The notes under the pieces are model-generated. The model saw only the letters and a list, made by a program, of their open reading frames with translations. It ran no database searches and was not told where the DNA came from. From an uncultured Verrucomicrobiota bacterium (GTDB taxonomy: Bacteria; Verrucomicrobiota; Verrucomicrobiia; Limisphaerales; AAA164-E04), in NCBI GenBank assembly GCA_913061285.1, contig CAJXVR010000002.1:2350-66349 (forward strand): DNA of 64,000 nt, written 5' to 3'. Made by a program: the position numbers and the translations under genes. Below, in pieces: positions 25,791 to 36,856 of the stretch (its first letter is position 1; the number at the start of each line of letters is the position of its first letter).

Positions 25791-26036
25791 TCACGCTTCG
25801 GCCGCCTTTATCATTTCAAAGAGCTCATCTTTAAGCTGGAGACGCTTGGCCTTAACGGAGTTGACGTATTCATCGCTGGGATTTTCAACGCCTTCCTCGA
25901 TCCGGTGGACCTCGTGATCCGCTTCATGGTAAGCGGCAAAAAGACGCTGAAAATGTGCGTTCGACATCTTCAGTTGATGAATCTGTTCCCGATATTCGGG
26001 GAGTTCATGAATTAGATCGTGTTTTTCTAGTGCCAT
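25791..26036 (-). CDS. DUF465 (YdcH-like) small protein
   Basis: Start trimmed to MALEKHDLIHELPEY (ATG 26036). 81 aa helical protein with the usual H.L...H..F..L...H.LD..I pattern. Confidence 0.75.
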   Translation of the reverse strand: MALEKHDLIHELPEYREQIHQLKMSNAHFQRLFAAYHEADHEVHRIEEGVENPSDEYVNSVKAKRLQLKDELFEMIKAAEA

Positions 26037-26243
26037 ATCTGTCCTTTTCTTGGGTTCAACGCTTCTTAGATTAACCGCATTCATCCAGATTCGGCTCTCC
26101 GTTTCTAGCTCTTCCCTTCCCCTGAAATGCCGCCGTCTGCCATGGAAACGGCGGCCTGGACGGAAACGCTCCCCACAAAAAAGAGATTTCGAAGTCCGTC
26201 CTAAGGTTGAACCAAGATCTCCAGGCCCGTAGAATGCCAATCT

Positions 26244-27029
26244 GTGGATCCAGTAGCGTTCTCATTTGGTGCTTTCGATATACATTGGTACGGCGTCTTC
26301 GTAGCAGTGGGCTTCCTTGTTGGTTTATGGACGGCGGGCCGCCGCGGCTTGATATATGGCCTATCACCGGAAAAAACAGCCGACCTCGGTCCATGGATCA
26401 TTATCGGAGCGCTCATCGGAGCACGGAGCCTGTATGTGTTCACCTACTGGGAAGATGACTTTGCAGGGAAGAGCCTGCTCAACATTTTCAAGATCCGCCA
26501 AGGGGGACTCGTTTTCTACGGAGGATTCATCGGCGCGGTCCTTAGTACCGTGCTCTACACACGGCTCAAAAAGGTTCCGCTTTGGCAGATCGCCGATGCC
26601 TTTGCGCCCAGCATTGCATTGGGGCATGCCTTTGGCCGCATCGGCTGCCTCATGACCGGTTGCTGTTACGGAAAGGTCTGTAGCCTCCCTTGGGCGATTA
26701 GCTTTCCTACAGGCCACGTTTCCCACCCACACAATGTCCACCCCACCCAAATCTATGAGTCGAGTCTCAATCTCGGACTCTATCTTGCGTTGGCCTATTT
26801 CTACCGGCGCAAGCGCTTCGAAGGACAGGTGTTCGCTGTTTACCTTATGAGCTACGCACTCTTGCGAGCCTTCGTGGAACTCTTCCGAGGTGATTACGCT
26901 GACCAGAAAATCACCGGTTTGCTCACGCCAGGCCAACAAGTCGGCATCGCCATCTTCCTTGCTGGTGCCCTCCTTTATTTCATCCGCGCGAAGACATCAA
27001 AACCAAGCCCAGCGTCGGAGAAACCATGA
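26244..27029 (+). CDS. lgt: prolipoprotein diacylglyceryl transferase
   Basis: GTG start. FGAFDIHWYG..., GR.GC...GCCYG and HPTQIYES motifs. Confidence 0.95.
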   Translation: MDPVAFSFGAFDIHWYGVFVAVGFLVGLWTAGRRGLIYGLSPEKTADLGPWIIIGALIGARSLYVFTYWEDDFAGKSLLNIFKIRQGGLVFYGGFIGAVLSTVLYTRLKKVPLWQIADAFAPSIALGHAFGRIGCLMTGCCYGKVCSLPWAISFPTGHVSHPHNVHPTQIYESSLNLGLYLALAYFYRRKRFEGQVFAVYLMSYALLRAFVELFRGDYADQKITGLLTPGQQVGIAIFLAGALLYFIRAKTSKPSPASEKP

Positions 27030-27976
27030 GCGATCAATTCGAGATCGTCGTCTCAGAATCAGAGCCCGGCATCCGACTGGACACGTGGCTACACCGTCAG
27101 CTGCCCCATCTCTCAAGAACGGCTCTGGCCCGCCTCATCGACGAAGACTGTGTCTCCATCAATGGACGAATCCCCAAAGCTCGCTACACGCCTCGGCTCG
27201 GTGAAACAATCGTCGTCACCGTCCCCCAGGCGAAGCCCAGTGGCATCAATGCGGAATCGATCCCGCTTTCAGTACTATTCGAAGATGAACACCTTCTCGT
27301 CATCAACAAGGCACCCGGAATCTGCGTCCATCCATCAGCAGGGCATCCGGACGGCACCCTCGTAAACGCCCTGCTCCATCATTGCCGCGGACAGCTGAGT
27401 GGAATCGGCGGAGTCTCACGTCCGGGAATCGTACATCGCCTAGACCAAGACACGAGTGGGTGTATCGTTGTCGCCAAAGACGACACCACCCACGCTGGTC
27501 TCGCCGAGCAATTCGCGCAGCGTACCACCGCCAAGACATATCTTGCCATCACCTGTGGATCCGTCCGCCCAAAGGCAGGGGAGATCATCGCCAATATCGC
27601 AAGACACCCTTCCCATCGAAAACGCATGGCGGTCAGCGATGGTTCCGGCCGAGAAGCGCATACCGACTACAGGCTCAAAGAAGAATTCGAGAGCGCCGCC
27701 CTCGTTGATGTCACGCTCCACACCGGACGAACGCATCAAATTCGCGTCCATTTCAAACACATTGGCTATCCCATCTTTGGGGACAACATCTACGGCAAGC
27801 GACAATCCAAACTACTCAGCACAGCAATTCGATTCACCCCCGCCCGACAAATGCTCCATGCACACACCCTTCGCTTCCAACATCCTGTCTCCTCCGCAAG
27901 CATTGAAACTGAGGCTGATCTGCCATCGGATATGACAGCAACCATCAATCATCTTAGGAAACAAGAAACACCATAA
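27026..27976 (+). CDS. rluD: RluA/RluD-family 23S rRNA pseudouridine synthase
   Basis: N-terminal S4 domain; catalytic HRLDQDTSG; ATGA overlap with lgt. Confidence 0.9.
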   Translation: MSDQFEIVVSESEPGIRLDTWLHRQLPHLSRTALARLIDEDCVSINGRIPKARYTPRLGETIVVTVPQAKPSGINAESIPLSVLFEDEHLLVINKAPGICVHPSAGHPDGTLVNALLHHCRGQLSGIGGVSRPGIVHRLDQDTSGCIVVAKDDTTHAGLAEQFAQRTTAKTYLAITCGSVRPKAGEIIANIARHPSHRKRMAVSDGSGREAHTDYRLKEEFESAALVDVTLHTGRTHQIRVHFKHIGYPIFGDNIYGKRQSKLLSTAIRFTPARQMLHAHTLRFQHPVSSASIETEADLPSDMTATINHLRKQETP

Positions 27977-28037
27977 GGCTCCCCGCCTGAGATAGTTCAA
28001 TCTATGGGGAAATCCACCCTCCAAACGATCCAAAGAA

Positions 28038-30341
28038 CTACATCGCCTCACCGTGATCGGCCTGTGACTGTGCCCCACCAAAACGAAACTCTATCCGGGG
28101 AAGGTCGACAGGAATCAAGTCCGTTTCCCCCTCGCGAATGCGATAATTCCGACCAGGTTCAATCCTGCTTCGCACCTCAGTAACGAGGCCGCTCGGCCAA
28201 CGGATTTCTATTTTTTCAATACGTTCTGGGCTCCCTAGCCCAATGTGTTGTCGCAAAGGCGACGCCCCAAAACTCCCTCCAGAACTCACCGTCCGGTGAA
28301 TTGATCGCAACGCCCCCTCTTCAATAACCTCCACAAGAATGCGCGCTCCAACCCCCATTCGGTTTGATCGTGTTCCTTCTAGGCTGATCCCAATAAACTG
28401 ATTTTCAGTCCCTGGGTTAAGGTAGAGAACGTTCGAATACACATCGCCCGAATAAGCCCCACCCATGTCCTGGTAAATGTCTTGATCCCCATCGTTGTCA
28501 ATATCACCGAAGGAGACCCCATGCCCCTTTTGCAGATGACCAAACCCTCCAGAAGTAGTCACATCGTGAAACTCCCGCCCTCGATCATTTCGGAACATTC
28601 GGTTAGGCATCAAACTCCCGAGATCTGGATCCCCCGTACCAAGGTAAAAATCTAGAAAGCCATCATTGTCCAGATCTCCAAAATTGCACCCCATCGCAAA
28701 CAGAATCCTCGACACCTTCACGGCTTGACTGACGTCCTCGAAGGTTCCATCACCTCGATTCCGATAAAGGCGCGCCGTCTCAGCCCCGTGTGCTTCGCCG
28801 AGGTAATCGCGCAAGAGATCGCCCGAATCGCTCATGCGATAGTCGGCAACAAACAGATCAAGCCATCCATCATTATCATAGTCCCAAAACCAGGTCGGAA
28901 AACTCCACGTCGGTTCGACAACGCCAGCCTTGATCGAAACGTCGCTAAATCGCCACCCCCACTTCTCACGACTCTTTTCCTCAGCTGGCCCTTCATTCCG
29001 ATAGAGCACATTCGGTTGGCCTCCTTGAGAAAGAAAAAGATCCGGTCGACCGTCATTGTCAACATCTCCCACAGCAACCCCTTTCACCATTCCATAATGA
29101 TCAAGACCACTTTCCTTGGCACACTCCGTAAATGTACCATCCCCATTGTTTCGGAACAGCTCGCAAGGATGCCGCTCAACCTGCATGGTCTCATTCCCAA
29201 TGAACACATCTAAGAATCCATCAGAATCAAAATCAAACCATGCCGCCGTTTGGGTGGGATGAAAGCTCAACAAGCCTGCTTCTTCTGTAACATCGCTAAA
29301 GGTGCCGTCGCCATTGTTCTTCAAAAGCGAATTCGGATGCCGCCCCTGCCCCCCAAACCATCCTCCGCGTAGCACCATCACATCGGCGTACCCATCATTA
29401 TTGTAGTCCGTCTGAAGGAGGTTAAGCCCACCAAACAACCCATCAAGACCCGCTTCTGTCGAGACATCCTCAAATCCGCTAGCCCCTCGATTGAAAAAGA
29501 GTTTCAAAGGCTCTCGCAACCCAATCCCCGAGCACATCAAATCAAGCAATCCGTCGTTGTTAAAATCTTCCATGATACTTCCTCCAGACAAGCCCACATG
29601 CCCCACACCGAGCTCTTTGGCCCTGTCTTCAAACCGGGGAAAGGGATAGTCCGATGCGAAGACGGCAGGATCGATCCTAAACGCCGCGGGAACGTCATCA
29701 GGAAACCGTCCCAAAGTCATGAATGCGATATTCAGCAACCACTGGGCATGACGAGCCTCAGGCTCAACAGCCAACCATTCCTTCAATTTTTCGATCGCAC
29801 CTTCAGAGCCTCTTGGCTGCGAATGGATGCCACCACCCGAGATTGGAAAAACACATGAATGCTGATGATGATTGGCGAGACAATTCTCCTGCTCACCGAG
29901 ACGCAAAAGGCAAATGGCCTGTTTCCTAAGCATCCATGCACGATGCTCCTCTAAGAATGCCGGATCGGCGGTGCTTAAATATCGCTCCATCGATTCGAAG
30001 GCTGCCAGAGCTTCTTCACTGCGGCCCGCGTTGAGCAAATCTTTTGCGTATTCCTGGTGGTAGTAAGACTTTTGTTTCACCCCTCGGGCCTCAGCCAGTG
30101 CCCTTCGTTGCAGAGGTATCCGGTCAGCACTCAGATACCTATTCTTTGAGAGGTCGGCCAGCCCGGCAAATAGCTCGAGCCGATTCGTCATCGACAGGCC
30201 GGGATCCGTGGGACGCATGATTGGTTCTTGCCATGGATTCGCTCCGTCACTCAGAGCTCGAGCAGGTGGGGGTTTCTTCTCACAGCCCACCGCTATCACA
30301 AGCACGGCTAAAGCAAGGTGTGTCCAGTTCATCGTACCCAT
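28038..30341 (-). CDS. CRTAC1-family lipoprotein (TPR, FG-GAP/VCBS repeats, ASPIC/UnbV C-terminal domain)
   Basis: Lipobox VIAVGC. Repeated D.DNDG..D calcium-binding FG-GAP motifs. C-terminal UnbV-like RSNRMGVGARI...GGSFGAS. Confidence 0.85.
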   Translation of the reverse strand: MGTMNWTHLALAVLVIAVGCEKKPPPARALSDGANPWQEPIMRPTDPGLSMTNRLELFAGLADLSKNRYLSADRIPLQRRALAEARGVKQKSYYHQEYAKDLLNAGRSEEALAAFESMERYLSTADPAFLEEHRAWMLRKQAICLLRLGEQENCLANHHQHSCVFPISGGGIHSQPRGSEGAIEKLKEWLAVEPEARHAQWLLNIAFMTLGRFPDDVPAAFRIDPAVFASDYPFPRFEDRAKELGVGHVGLSGGSIMEDFNNDGLLDLMCSGIGLREPLKLFFNRGASGFEDVSTEAGLDGLFGGLNLLQTDYNNDGYADVMVLRGGWFGGQGRHPNSLLKNNGDGTFSDVTEEAGLLSFHPTQTAAWFDFDSDGFLDVFIGNETMQVERHPCELFRNNGDGTFTECAKESGLDHYGMVKGVAVGDVDNDGRPDLFLSQGGQPNVLYRNEGPAEEKSREKWGWRFSDVSIKAGVVEPTWSFPTWFWDYDNDGWLDLFVADYRMSDSGDLLRDYLGEAHGAETARLYRNRGDGTFEDVSQAVKVSRILFAMGCNFGDLDNDGFLDFYLGTGDPDLGSLMPNRMFRNDRGREFHDVTTSGGFGHLQKGHGVSFGDIDNDGDQDIYQDMGGAYSGDVYSNVLYLNPGTENQFIGISLEGTRSNRMGVGARILVEVIEEGALRSIHRTVSSGGSFGASPLRQHIGLGSPERIEKIEIRWPSGLVTEVRSRIEPGRNYRIREGETDLIPVDLPRIEFRFGGAQSQADHGEAM

Positions 30342-33300
30342 TCCGCTATCTTACCGCTTTTCATTACGCTTACGGCTTTCAAATCCAACGGCAAAGCCGT
30401 CAATGTTTCCTGCCCATCGGGCCACTTCACCCACAACTCATCCGCATGGCCACGGCAGTAAAGCAAGGGTTGCAACGTATCCTGGGCTCCGTCACCGCCA
30501 CTGCCAAGAAGCATTCTTACCGGCCCAGGCTTGCCCTTGCTTCGCAATCTCAGTTGAGCCCCAATCGCTCTTGGGTTTTTCTCATTGCCAACGAGCGTCA
30601 CTCGAACACCCCGTTCCGCCCCCCGATTCACAAAGAGTGCCGCCTGCCGTGCTCGCCGTCCCACCAACAAGTCCCAGCGACCATCACGATTAAAGTCACT
30701 CAAAGCGCTTCCTCGACCAGCGCCTCGAACGGAAAGACCGGAGCTCCTGACGTTCTTGACAGCAAAGTCGCCATTACCATTTCCCAAGAGACAGACAGCC
30801 CCACCGGCATCGAAAGGTGCCAGCGTCAACTCCGTTCCATAGAAATTCTGACTCGTAAAAAGGTCTTCGTTCCCATCTCCATTCAGATCCGCCACGCTGA
30901 TACCAAACACCGGAGCCATTTGCACCGGCACTGGCAAGGCCCTGACATCAAAACGAGTGGACGCATTTAGCAGCACCACTGAACTCAAAATAGTGACTTC
31001 GCGATAGGCCAAGTCAACGACGTGAGGAGCTAGGATAGCTTCAATTCCAACCGCTCCGAAAGATCGATACGAGGGGAACCGCGATATAATATCTGGAATA
31101 CTTTGAGCCAATCGATCCCGATCAGTAACTGGTGCGTACTCGCCAATCTCATCATCATAGTAAGCCTCCACAGGAAGGATTTCACCAGAATTTCGTAGTT
31201 CACCGTAGTAGAGACGCAATGGATGTTTTGGAGTCGGTTTAGGGTTCCTGTTCTCCCCCCAGTTACCCAGCACCAAATCCAGGCGCCCGTCCCCATTGAA
31301 ATCTCCGCAATCAATCGATTGCCACAATCCTTTCAATCGCGAAAGCCCGAGAGCAATACTTTCGTTGATGAACGTGCCCGCACGATTTAAATAAACTTCA
31401 ACGCCTCCCCAATCCGTAGCGACGATGAGATCAATCCAAGCATCATCATTCAAATGGCAGAAAAGCGCTGCGGAGACCATTCCAATCCCGTGAAATGGGT
31501 TGCTCCCACCCTCGTCAAGCCCAAGCCCCTGCGCCCCATTCTTGAGCAGCCACCCAGACTGCGGTTCAGGAAATCTGCCCGCTTGATGCCGAATCCCAAC
31601 AAATGCATCGAGGTCGCCATCGAGATCATAGTCACCCAAGGCGAACGCTCCTAGCGCCCCTTCAAAAGAAACATTGAACTGAGGGGCGACCGAATTTGAA
31701 CCTAACTTGAGCAGAGCGAGCTGCGACCGACTTGATGGGGTTTCAGATTCATAAGAGCTCGTAGCGACGAGCGCATGCCCATCATACCACCAACTCACAG
31801 AAACCTGATCTCCTTGCGATACCGGCAGCATCGAACTCGACGGGACCGTCCATTCAGCACCACGGAGATTCTCGTAAACGGCAGGACGGTGACCGTTTCC
31901 TCCGCTGACTAGCACATCGTCCCAGCCATTCCTATCGACATCAACCCACCCTACCCCCATAGCAAGCGTGCTTAACTGCTGGGACAGTGTCGCCTGTAGA
32001 GCTGAGTCATCAAACGGCTCGTCCAAGTGCCGAGCATTCAGGGATTCAGAAACATTCTCAAAAAGAGATTCCCCAAGACGATTATCCCGACTTTGAGTAT
32101 CATATTCGCCTGCTGTTTGAGTCGGCTCGAGGGCTTCTTCAAGGCGGGAAATGACGAGAAGCCGATTCGATTCAATCCCGAAAGATTCTGTGCTGACACC
32201 ATCGGGCCAACGAACGCGCAATGTGAATGGACCAGAAACACCTTCAACCCCAAAGGTCACCAAGGAATCATCACCTGAAAGATAGTGCCCCCCGGCCCGA
32301 AATTCTCGCATCTGTGACAGGCCATCCCCTTCCAATGTCACATTGGCTCCATAAATTGTTCGCCCGATTCGGGTTTCGCGAAGTCTGATTGACACCAGAT
32401 CACCTGACCCAATGTTTTCGTAGATCTCCAGACGCGAGTTGAGAGGATTAACCACCATATCTCGATCACCATCGCCATCCAAATCGCCAAGGGCCCCACC
32501 CTGCCCATGAGTCACTGCATTGAACCCCCAGGCTTCGCCTCGCTCATCAAACTTGAGATTACCTTGATTTCGAAACGCGAGATTTTGAGTATCGAGCGAG
32601 GGAAGATTGAGCCGAGTCCCAGGACGACGATCCGTCTGCAACCCAATCTCTCGAGTAGCATCCGAGTCCAGAGAATCATGGGGATGACCATTGGTAACCA
32701 AAAGATCCTCTAACCCGTCCCGATCCACATCGATCCAAAAACAATTCCAAGTCCACTCCGTCGCCGCAAGATCGCTCAACCGTGCCACCTCGGAAAAACC
32801 CGTATCGCTTCGATTGAGAAAAAGCGTGTTGCGCATATACTGCCGTCGCTGATCAAAGGCCCAATCCGTCCAAGCATTCGGCGTGTGGTTTGCCCGTTGA
32901 TAGTGACGTCGCTGGTGACTACGACTCAGCATATCACCTACAAAAAAATCCCAGTCTCCGTCCAGGTCGACATCAGACCAATCGACACACATCGAAGACC
33001 AACTAGAATAGCTCATCGCCGATCGGCCAAGCGCTCGGAACCCGATTCCCCGTTCGTTGAGCCAAACCCGATCAGGAGAAATGAAGTCAGAACAGACGTA
33101 GAGGTCTGGATAGCCATCGCGATTGACATCGGCAAAGCTGACGCTCAGCGACCAATCCAGGGGAGCTTCCTCTATGGCTTCGCCTTGCTCATCCAAGAAA
33201 AACCCTGACGTCCAATCAACGCTTGCAAAGCTCCCTCGTCCATCGTTCAAATAAAGCACATCGGCAAGCCCCTGTTCTAGTAAGATACCGCGCCCGTTCA

Positions 33301-34000
33301 AATCGCGAGTCGAGATAAACCGCGTGCGCTGCTGCTCAGGCAACAGCCACAAGCCATCCTCACGTCGAAGATCTAGTTTCAGAGATTCGTCTTTCACCGT
33401 CTTCTCCCGGTAGTGAGCAACGTAGAGATCCAAATCCCCGTCACGGTCAACATCCGCCGCTGCCACAGAGCTCACGCCAGACCGAGGTAACAAACCCGAG
33501 TCACTGAGTTCACGAAATCTGCCCTGACCGTCATTGAGAAAAAGACGCGCGCCACGATCATTGGCCCCCACCAACAAATCAAGGTCTTGATCGCCATCGA
33601 TATCAAGCAGCAGCACCCCCGTCGAATACTGCCCCTCACAAGCGGCACCACCAGCATTCAAAGCCCGTTCAAAACGCCAGTCTCCCTGATTGAGGAACAA
33701 ACGGTTCTCTCCTTCTAGGGCAGCAACATACAGATCGGTCAACCCATCACCGTTCACGTCGCCGAGAGCCACTCCAGACCCGTTCTCCAGAATTCGATTC
33801 CGCGTGCTCGCACCCGCGGACAAGACATTGGTAAAGGCAAGATCTCGCTCCATCGAGATCTTGCGATGAAACCCAACGCGTCCGACTTCCTTTCTTGGCA
33901 ACTCCGTAAGCTCGACGCGAACCGCTGCTTTCAATTCAGAAATCCAAGTCGCGCCCCAAAACAATAGGAAGCCAAAAGTCGCTCTTCGAATCAGCTCCAT
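30329..34000 (-). CDS. large FG-GAP/VCBS repeat protein containing two CRTAC1/ASPIC-UnbV-like units
   Basis: Start trimmed to MELIRRATFGFLLFWG (ATG 34000; 34048 or 34165 are possible). Many D.D.DGD..D motifs and two UnbV-like segments. 13-bp overlap with the downstream gene. Confidence 0.85.
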   Translation of the reverse strand: MELIRRATFGFLLFWGATWISELKAAVRVELTELPRKEVGRVGFHRKISMERDLAFTNVLSAGASTRNRILENGSGVALGDVNGDGLTDLYVAALEGENRLFLNQGDWRFERALNAGGAACEGQYSTGVLLLDIDGDQDLDLLVGANDRGARLFLNDGQGRFRELSDSGLLPRSGVSSVAAADVDRDGDLDLYVAHYREKTVKDESLKLDLRREDGLWLLPEQQRTRFISTRDLNGRGILLEQGLADVLYLNDGRGSFASVDWTSGFFLDEQGEAIEEAPLDWSLSVSFADVNRDGYPDLYVCSDFISPDRVWLNERGIGFRALGRSAMSYSSWSSMCVDWSDVDLDGDWDFFVGDMLSRSHQRRHYQRANHTPNAWTDWAFDQRRQYMRNTLFLNRSDTGFSEVARLSDLAATEWTWNCFWIDVDRDGLEDLLVTNGHPHDSLDSDATREIGLQTDRRPGTRLNLPSLDTQNLAFRNQGNLKFDERGEAWGFNAVTHGQGGALGDLDGDGDRDMVVNPLNSRLEIYENIGSGDLVSIRLRETRIGRTIYGANVTLEGDGLSQMREFRAGGHYLSGDDSLVTFGVEGVSGPFTLRVRWPDGVSTESFGIESNRLLVISRLEEALEPTQTAGEYDTQSRDNRLGESLFENVSESLNARHLDEPFDDSALQATLSQQLSTLAMGVGWVDVDRNGWDDVLVSGGNGHRPAVYENLRGAEWTVPSSSMLPVSQGDQVSVSWWYDGHALVATSSYESETPSSRSQLALLKLGSNSVAPQFNVSFEGALGAFALGDYDLDGDLDAFVGIRHQAGRFPEPQSGWLLKNGAQGLGLDEGGSNPFHGIGMVSAALFCHLNDDAWIDLIVATDWGGVEVYLNRAGTFINESIALGLSRLKGLWQSIDCGDFNGDGRLDLVLGNWGENRNPKPTPKHPLRLYYGELRNSGEILPVEAYYDDEIGEYAPVTDRDRLAQSIPDIISRFPSYRSFGAVGIEAILAPHVVDLAYREVTILSSVVLLNASTRFDVRALPVPVQMAPVFGISVADLNGDGNEDLFTSQNFYGTELTLAPFDAGGAVCLLGNGNGDFAVKNVRSSGLSVRGAGRGSALSDFNRDGRWDLLVGRRARQAALFVNRGAERGVRVTLVGNEKNPRAIGAQLRLRSKGKPGPVRMLLGSGGDGAQDTLQPLLYCRGHADELWVKWPDGQETLTALPLDLKAVSVMKSGKIAEWVR

Positions 34001-34133
34001 CGCTCGAATAGCGCACCACAACGATTCTACCTCAAGAATTGTCGGCATAAGCAGACAAGGCACGAAGGAGAGACTTTCCCGTGCGCTAGCCAAGCGGCGA
34101 CTAAGAGAGAGCGGCGACTCTAGATCAAGATCA

Positions 34134-35273
34134 CTACGCGATATGAGCGCCACGCGTCTCGACATAAAGCGAGTAAAGCGACTGACTCGCTGTCATAAAG
34201 AGTCGATTCCGCTTCGTGCCGCCGAAACACACATTGCCACAAATCTCAGGCAACACGATTTGCCCGATGCGATCCCCATCAGGTGCGAAGATATGAACCC
34301 CATCATAGCCCTCACCAACCCAACCGGCGCTCGCCCAGATATTGCCATCTTCATCAGCGCGAATTCCATCCGCAACACCCGCCACTTCGGCCCCATTCAC
34401 TTCCATCGCCATCGAAGTAAAGTGTCGCCCCCGAACAAGACTCTTCTCATTCACAACATCCCAAACCTTAATGATCTTCGGAATGTCAGGATAGTGAGTT
34501 GAGCCGGTATCGGCGATATACAACTTCTTGTAGTCAGGGGAGAAGCATAACCCGTTTGGCTTCCCAATCTCATCGGTCACCTTGTGAATACGACCATTCT
34601 GCCCATCAATTCGGTAAACGGCTTCCTTTTGAACCGGCTGCACAGAGCCTGTATTCAGGCGGTTTCCTTCATAGTTCATTAATCCGCCGTAACCGGGATC
34701 TGTGAACCAAATATCACCATTGGGATGAACAACGACGTCGTTCGGAGCATTGAAGGACTTGCCTTCAAAATTCTCAGCAAGAATTGTCATGGTCCCATCA
34801 TACTCGTATCGAACCACCCTTCGGGGCCCATGCTGGCAGGAAAGTTGCCGCCCCTGATAGTCAAAGGTGTTCCCGTTGCTATTGCCGCTAGGACTCCGAA
34901 ACTGACTCACATGCCCATCCTCTTCGATCCATCGCAACTGACAATCATTAGGAATATCACTCCAGATCAGGTAGCGCCCGGAACCGTTCCAAGCCGGTCC
35001 CTCCGCCCACAAGGTCCCAAGATGCAGGCGTTGGGTCGGTGTGTTTCCTAACTTATATTTTGCGAAACGAGGATCAATGACGACAATATCTGGATTGGGA
35101 TAACGGACAGGGGTCTTCCCGGACCAATCCCGTTCCCCTCTTGCCAGCGACGGTGCCGCGAGCGCTCCTCCAAGCACGGCAGCCGATGAAGCGAGAAAGC
35201 GTCGGCGATCAAGCGATGAATTCGATTTAGCGTTTTCCTGTGTCATGGGCGATGAATGCATTTTAGATGGCAA
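34134..35273 (-). CDS. SMP-30/gluconolactonase/LRE-like protein with TAT signal
   Basis: DRRRFLASSAAVLGGALAAPSLA twin-arginine leader. EGPAW, NDVVV and FTDP motifs. Confidence 0.85.
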   Translation of the reverse strand: MPSKMHSSPMTQENAKSNSSLDRRRFLASSAAVLGGALAAPSLARGERDWSGKTPVRYPNPDIVVIDPRFAKYKLGNTPTQRLHLGTLWAEGPAWNGSGRYLIWSDIPNDCQLRWIEEDGHVSQFRSPSGNSNGNTFDYQGRQLSCQHGPRRVVRYEYDGTMTILAENFEGKSFNAPNDVVVHPNGDIWFTDPGYGGLMNYEGNRLNTGSVQPVQKEAVYRIDGQNGRIHKVTDEIGKPNGLCFSPDYKKLYIADTGSTHYPDIPKIIKVWDVVNEKSLVRGRHFTSMAMEVNGAEVAGVADGIRADEDGNIWASAGWVGEGYDGVHIFAPDGDRIGQIVLPEICGNVCFGGTKRNRLFMTASQSLYSLYVETRGAHIA

Positions 35274-35376
35274 TGGTTCGGAGTTCGTTGATCATTCAAG
35301 GCTGACACTGCACTGACTTGAATTCAAGAAAAACGACAGATCACCACGGCGCCTTACCCAGTTCCCCTCAATTCAA

Positions 35377-36852
35377 TCAAGGAAGCCAATTTAGCGTGTA
35401 CCAGCCGATGTCGTTCGATAGTTTTGATCCGTCAGCGCCCGAGACACTCAGCTGAATCTGATAGACCTTCCCTGTCGTCATTTCCATTTTTAGATCCGCA
35501 GACATTCCATCAGCCGACACCGCGACCGAGGTGACTTCGATCGCCTTGTTATCGGCTTTCGGCGACCCGTACTGAGGATGGTAAAGATAGTGCCAGTTGC
35601 GAATTTGATAATTCGTCACATCCGAGGCTTCCACCTGATTCACTGGTTTGGTGAATCGGATCCGAAACCCATCTTTCAACACCGCTACAGACTGCATCTC
35701 CATTGGGGCGGTTTGTCCATCCCAGCGAATCCGTTGCAGCCCAAAGATAGATTCACCGATGGATCTCCAACCACGCCCTGTTTGACCCACCCACAAGGTG
35801 CCATGCTCATCGAAGACATTTCGTATAATTCCAGCCTGCATGGGACCAACAAACGGAAAGACAATCCCTTGATATTCGCCTCGTATCTTTTCCAAGTGGA
35901 CACGCATCATCATCGATTTCGATTGATCGCCTACGAACACCTGATCTTCAAACCACGGACCAAACTTACCACCCGTTTCATTGAAGCGAGGTTCGCCGGG
36001 CGCATTGGCAAGGTCACCATGAATAAAATAGACGGCCGGAGGATGTCTTCGCTGCTCGAAGTCGCCAACGGAGAGCTCATTCAAATCTCGCCCCTGAAAC
36101 TCGGGGTGGTCCATCAGCGATGAGGGATGCCCATGGAAGCGCCCCTTAACGACATGGTGAAGCGTTGAAGAACCATTCCAATCCCCCTGATTGTCCGTAT
36201 AGAAAATCTCCTCATGCTTGTTCATTCCTAAGCCAGAAGGTGAGCGCATGCCTGAAGCGAAGGGCACGAACTTGCCGTCGGGTGTGATTTGAAAACACCA
36301 GCCACCGAAACGACGTGCCCGTCCCATATTACCTCCCAAAACACGGCCCACATTCCATCGGTGGCTTCCCGCCCAACCTTCATAGCTGAGAGAGGTGTTT
36401 AAGGTGCCATAAAAGTTCCCTTGCGAATCCCGCACCGGGCCAAAGGCATATTCATGGTAATCATCATTGAGTCCCCAGCTAGCGTTGACCGTTTCATAGG
36501 CATCAACTCGACCATCCTGATCGTGATCGATCAACTTCGTTAGTTCCGGCCGTTGCATCACCCACACATCCGAGGTCTCTTGATCCACATAGAGCCCAAG
36601 CGCTTCGTGAAGTCCGTCCGCAAACAAGGTAAAACCCCCCTTCGAATAGCGCCATACTTGCCCCTCGCGAGTACTAATCAACAGATCCCCACTCGGCAAG
36701 AAAGCCAGTCCCCCAACACCGATCTGTTCTCCCGCGGGAAGTTCAACCCTGTCCACCTGGTAACCCGAGGGCACATTCATCGGCGGTGTCGCCGCGAACA
36801 TGACGCTGCCCAAACAACCCACTGCCGAAAATAGAGTAAGAAATCGCTTCAT
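35377..36852 (-). CDS. secreted beta-propeller protein (glucose/sorbosone-dehydrogenase-like; PVC membrane-bound dehydrogenase-type domain)
   Basis: Signal peptide. N-terminal pattern GY.V..V.....I..G.LAF.P.GDLL..TREG.VW resembles the PVC putative dehydrogenase domain. C-terminal beta-sandwich. Function is uncertain. Confidence 0.7.
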   Translation of the reverse strand: MKRFLTLFSAVGCLGSVMFAATPPMNVPSGYQVDRVELPAGEQIGVGGLAFLPSGDLLISTREGQVWRYSKGGFTLFADGLHEALGLYVDQETSDVWVMQRPELTKLIDHDQDGRVDAYETVNASWGLNDDYHEYAFGPVRDSQGNFYGTLNTSLSYEGWAGSHRWNVGRVLGGNMGRARRFGGWCFQITPDGKFVPFASGMRSPSGLGMNKHEEIFYTDNQGDWNGSSTLHHVVKGRFHGHPSSLMDHPEFQGRDLNELSVGDFEQRRHPPAVYFIHGDLANAPGEPRFNETGGKFGPWFEDQVFVGDQSKSMMMRVHLEKIRGEYQGIVFPFVGPMQAGIIRNVFDEHGTLWVGQTGRGWRSIGESIFGLQRIRWDGQTAPMEMQSVAVLKDGFRIRFTKPVNQVEASDVTNYQIRNWHYLYHPQYGSPKADNKAIEVTSVAVSADGMSADLKMEMTTGKVYQIQLSVSGADGSKLSNDIGWYTLNWLP

Positions 36853-36856
36853 AATA

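Noticed and set aside
26129-26155. 8-bp perfect stem (gccgccgt / acggcggc, 11-nt loop) between DUF465 and lgt
   Set aside because: It lies in a divergent promoter region, has no T-run, and matches no recognisable motif. A stem this short is expected by chance several times in the window.
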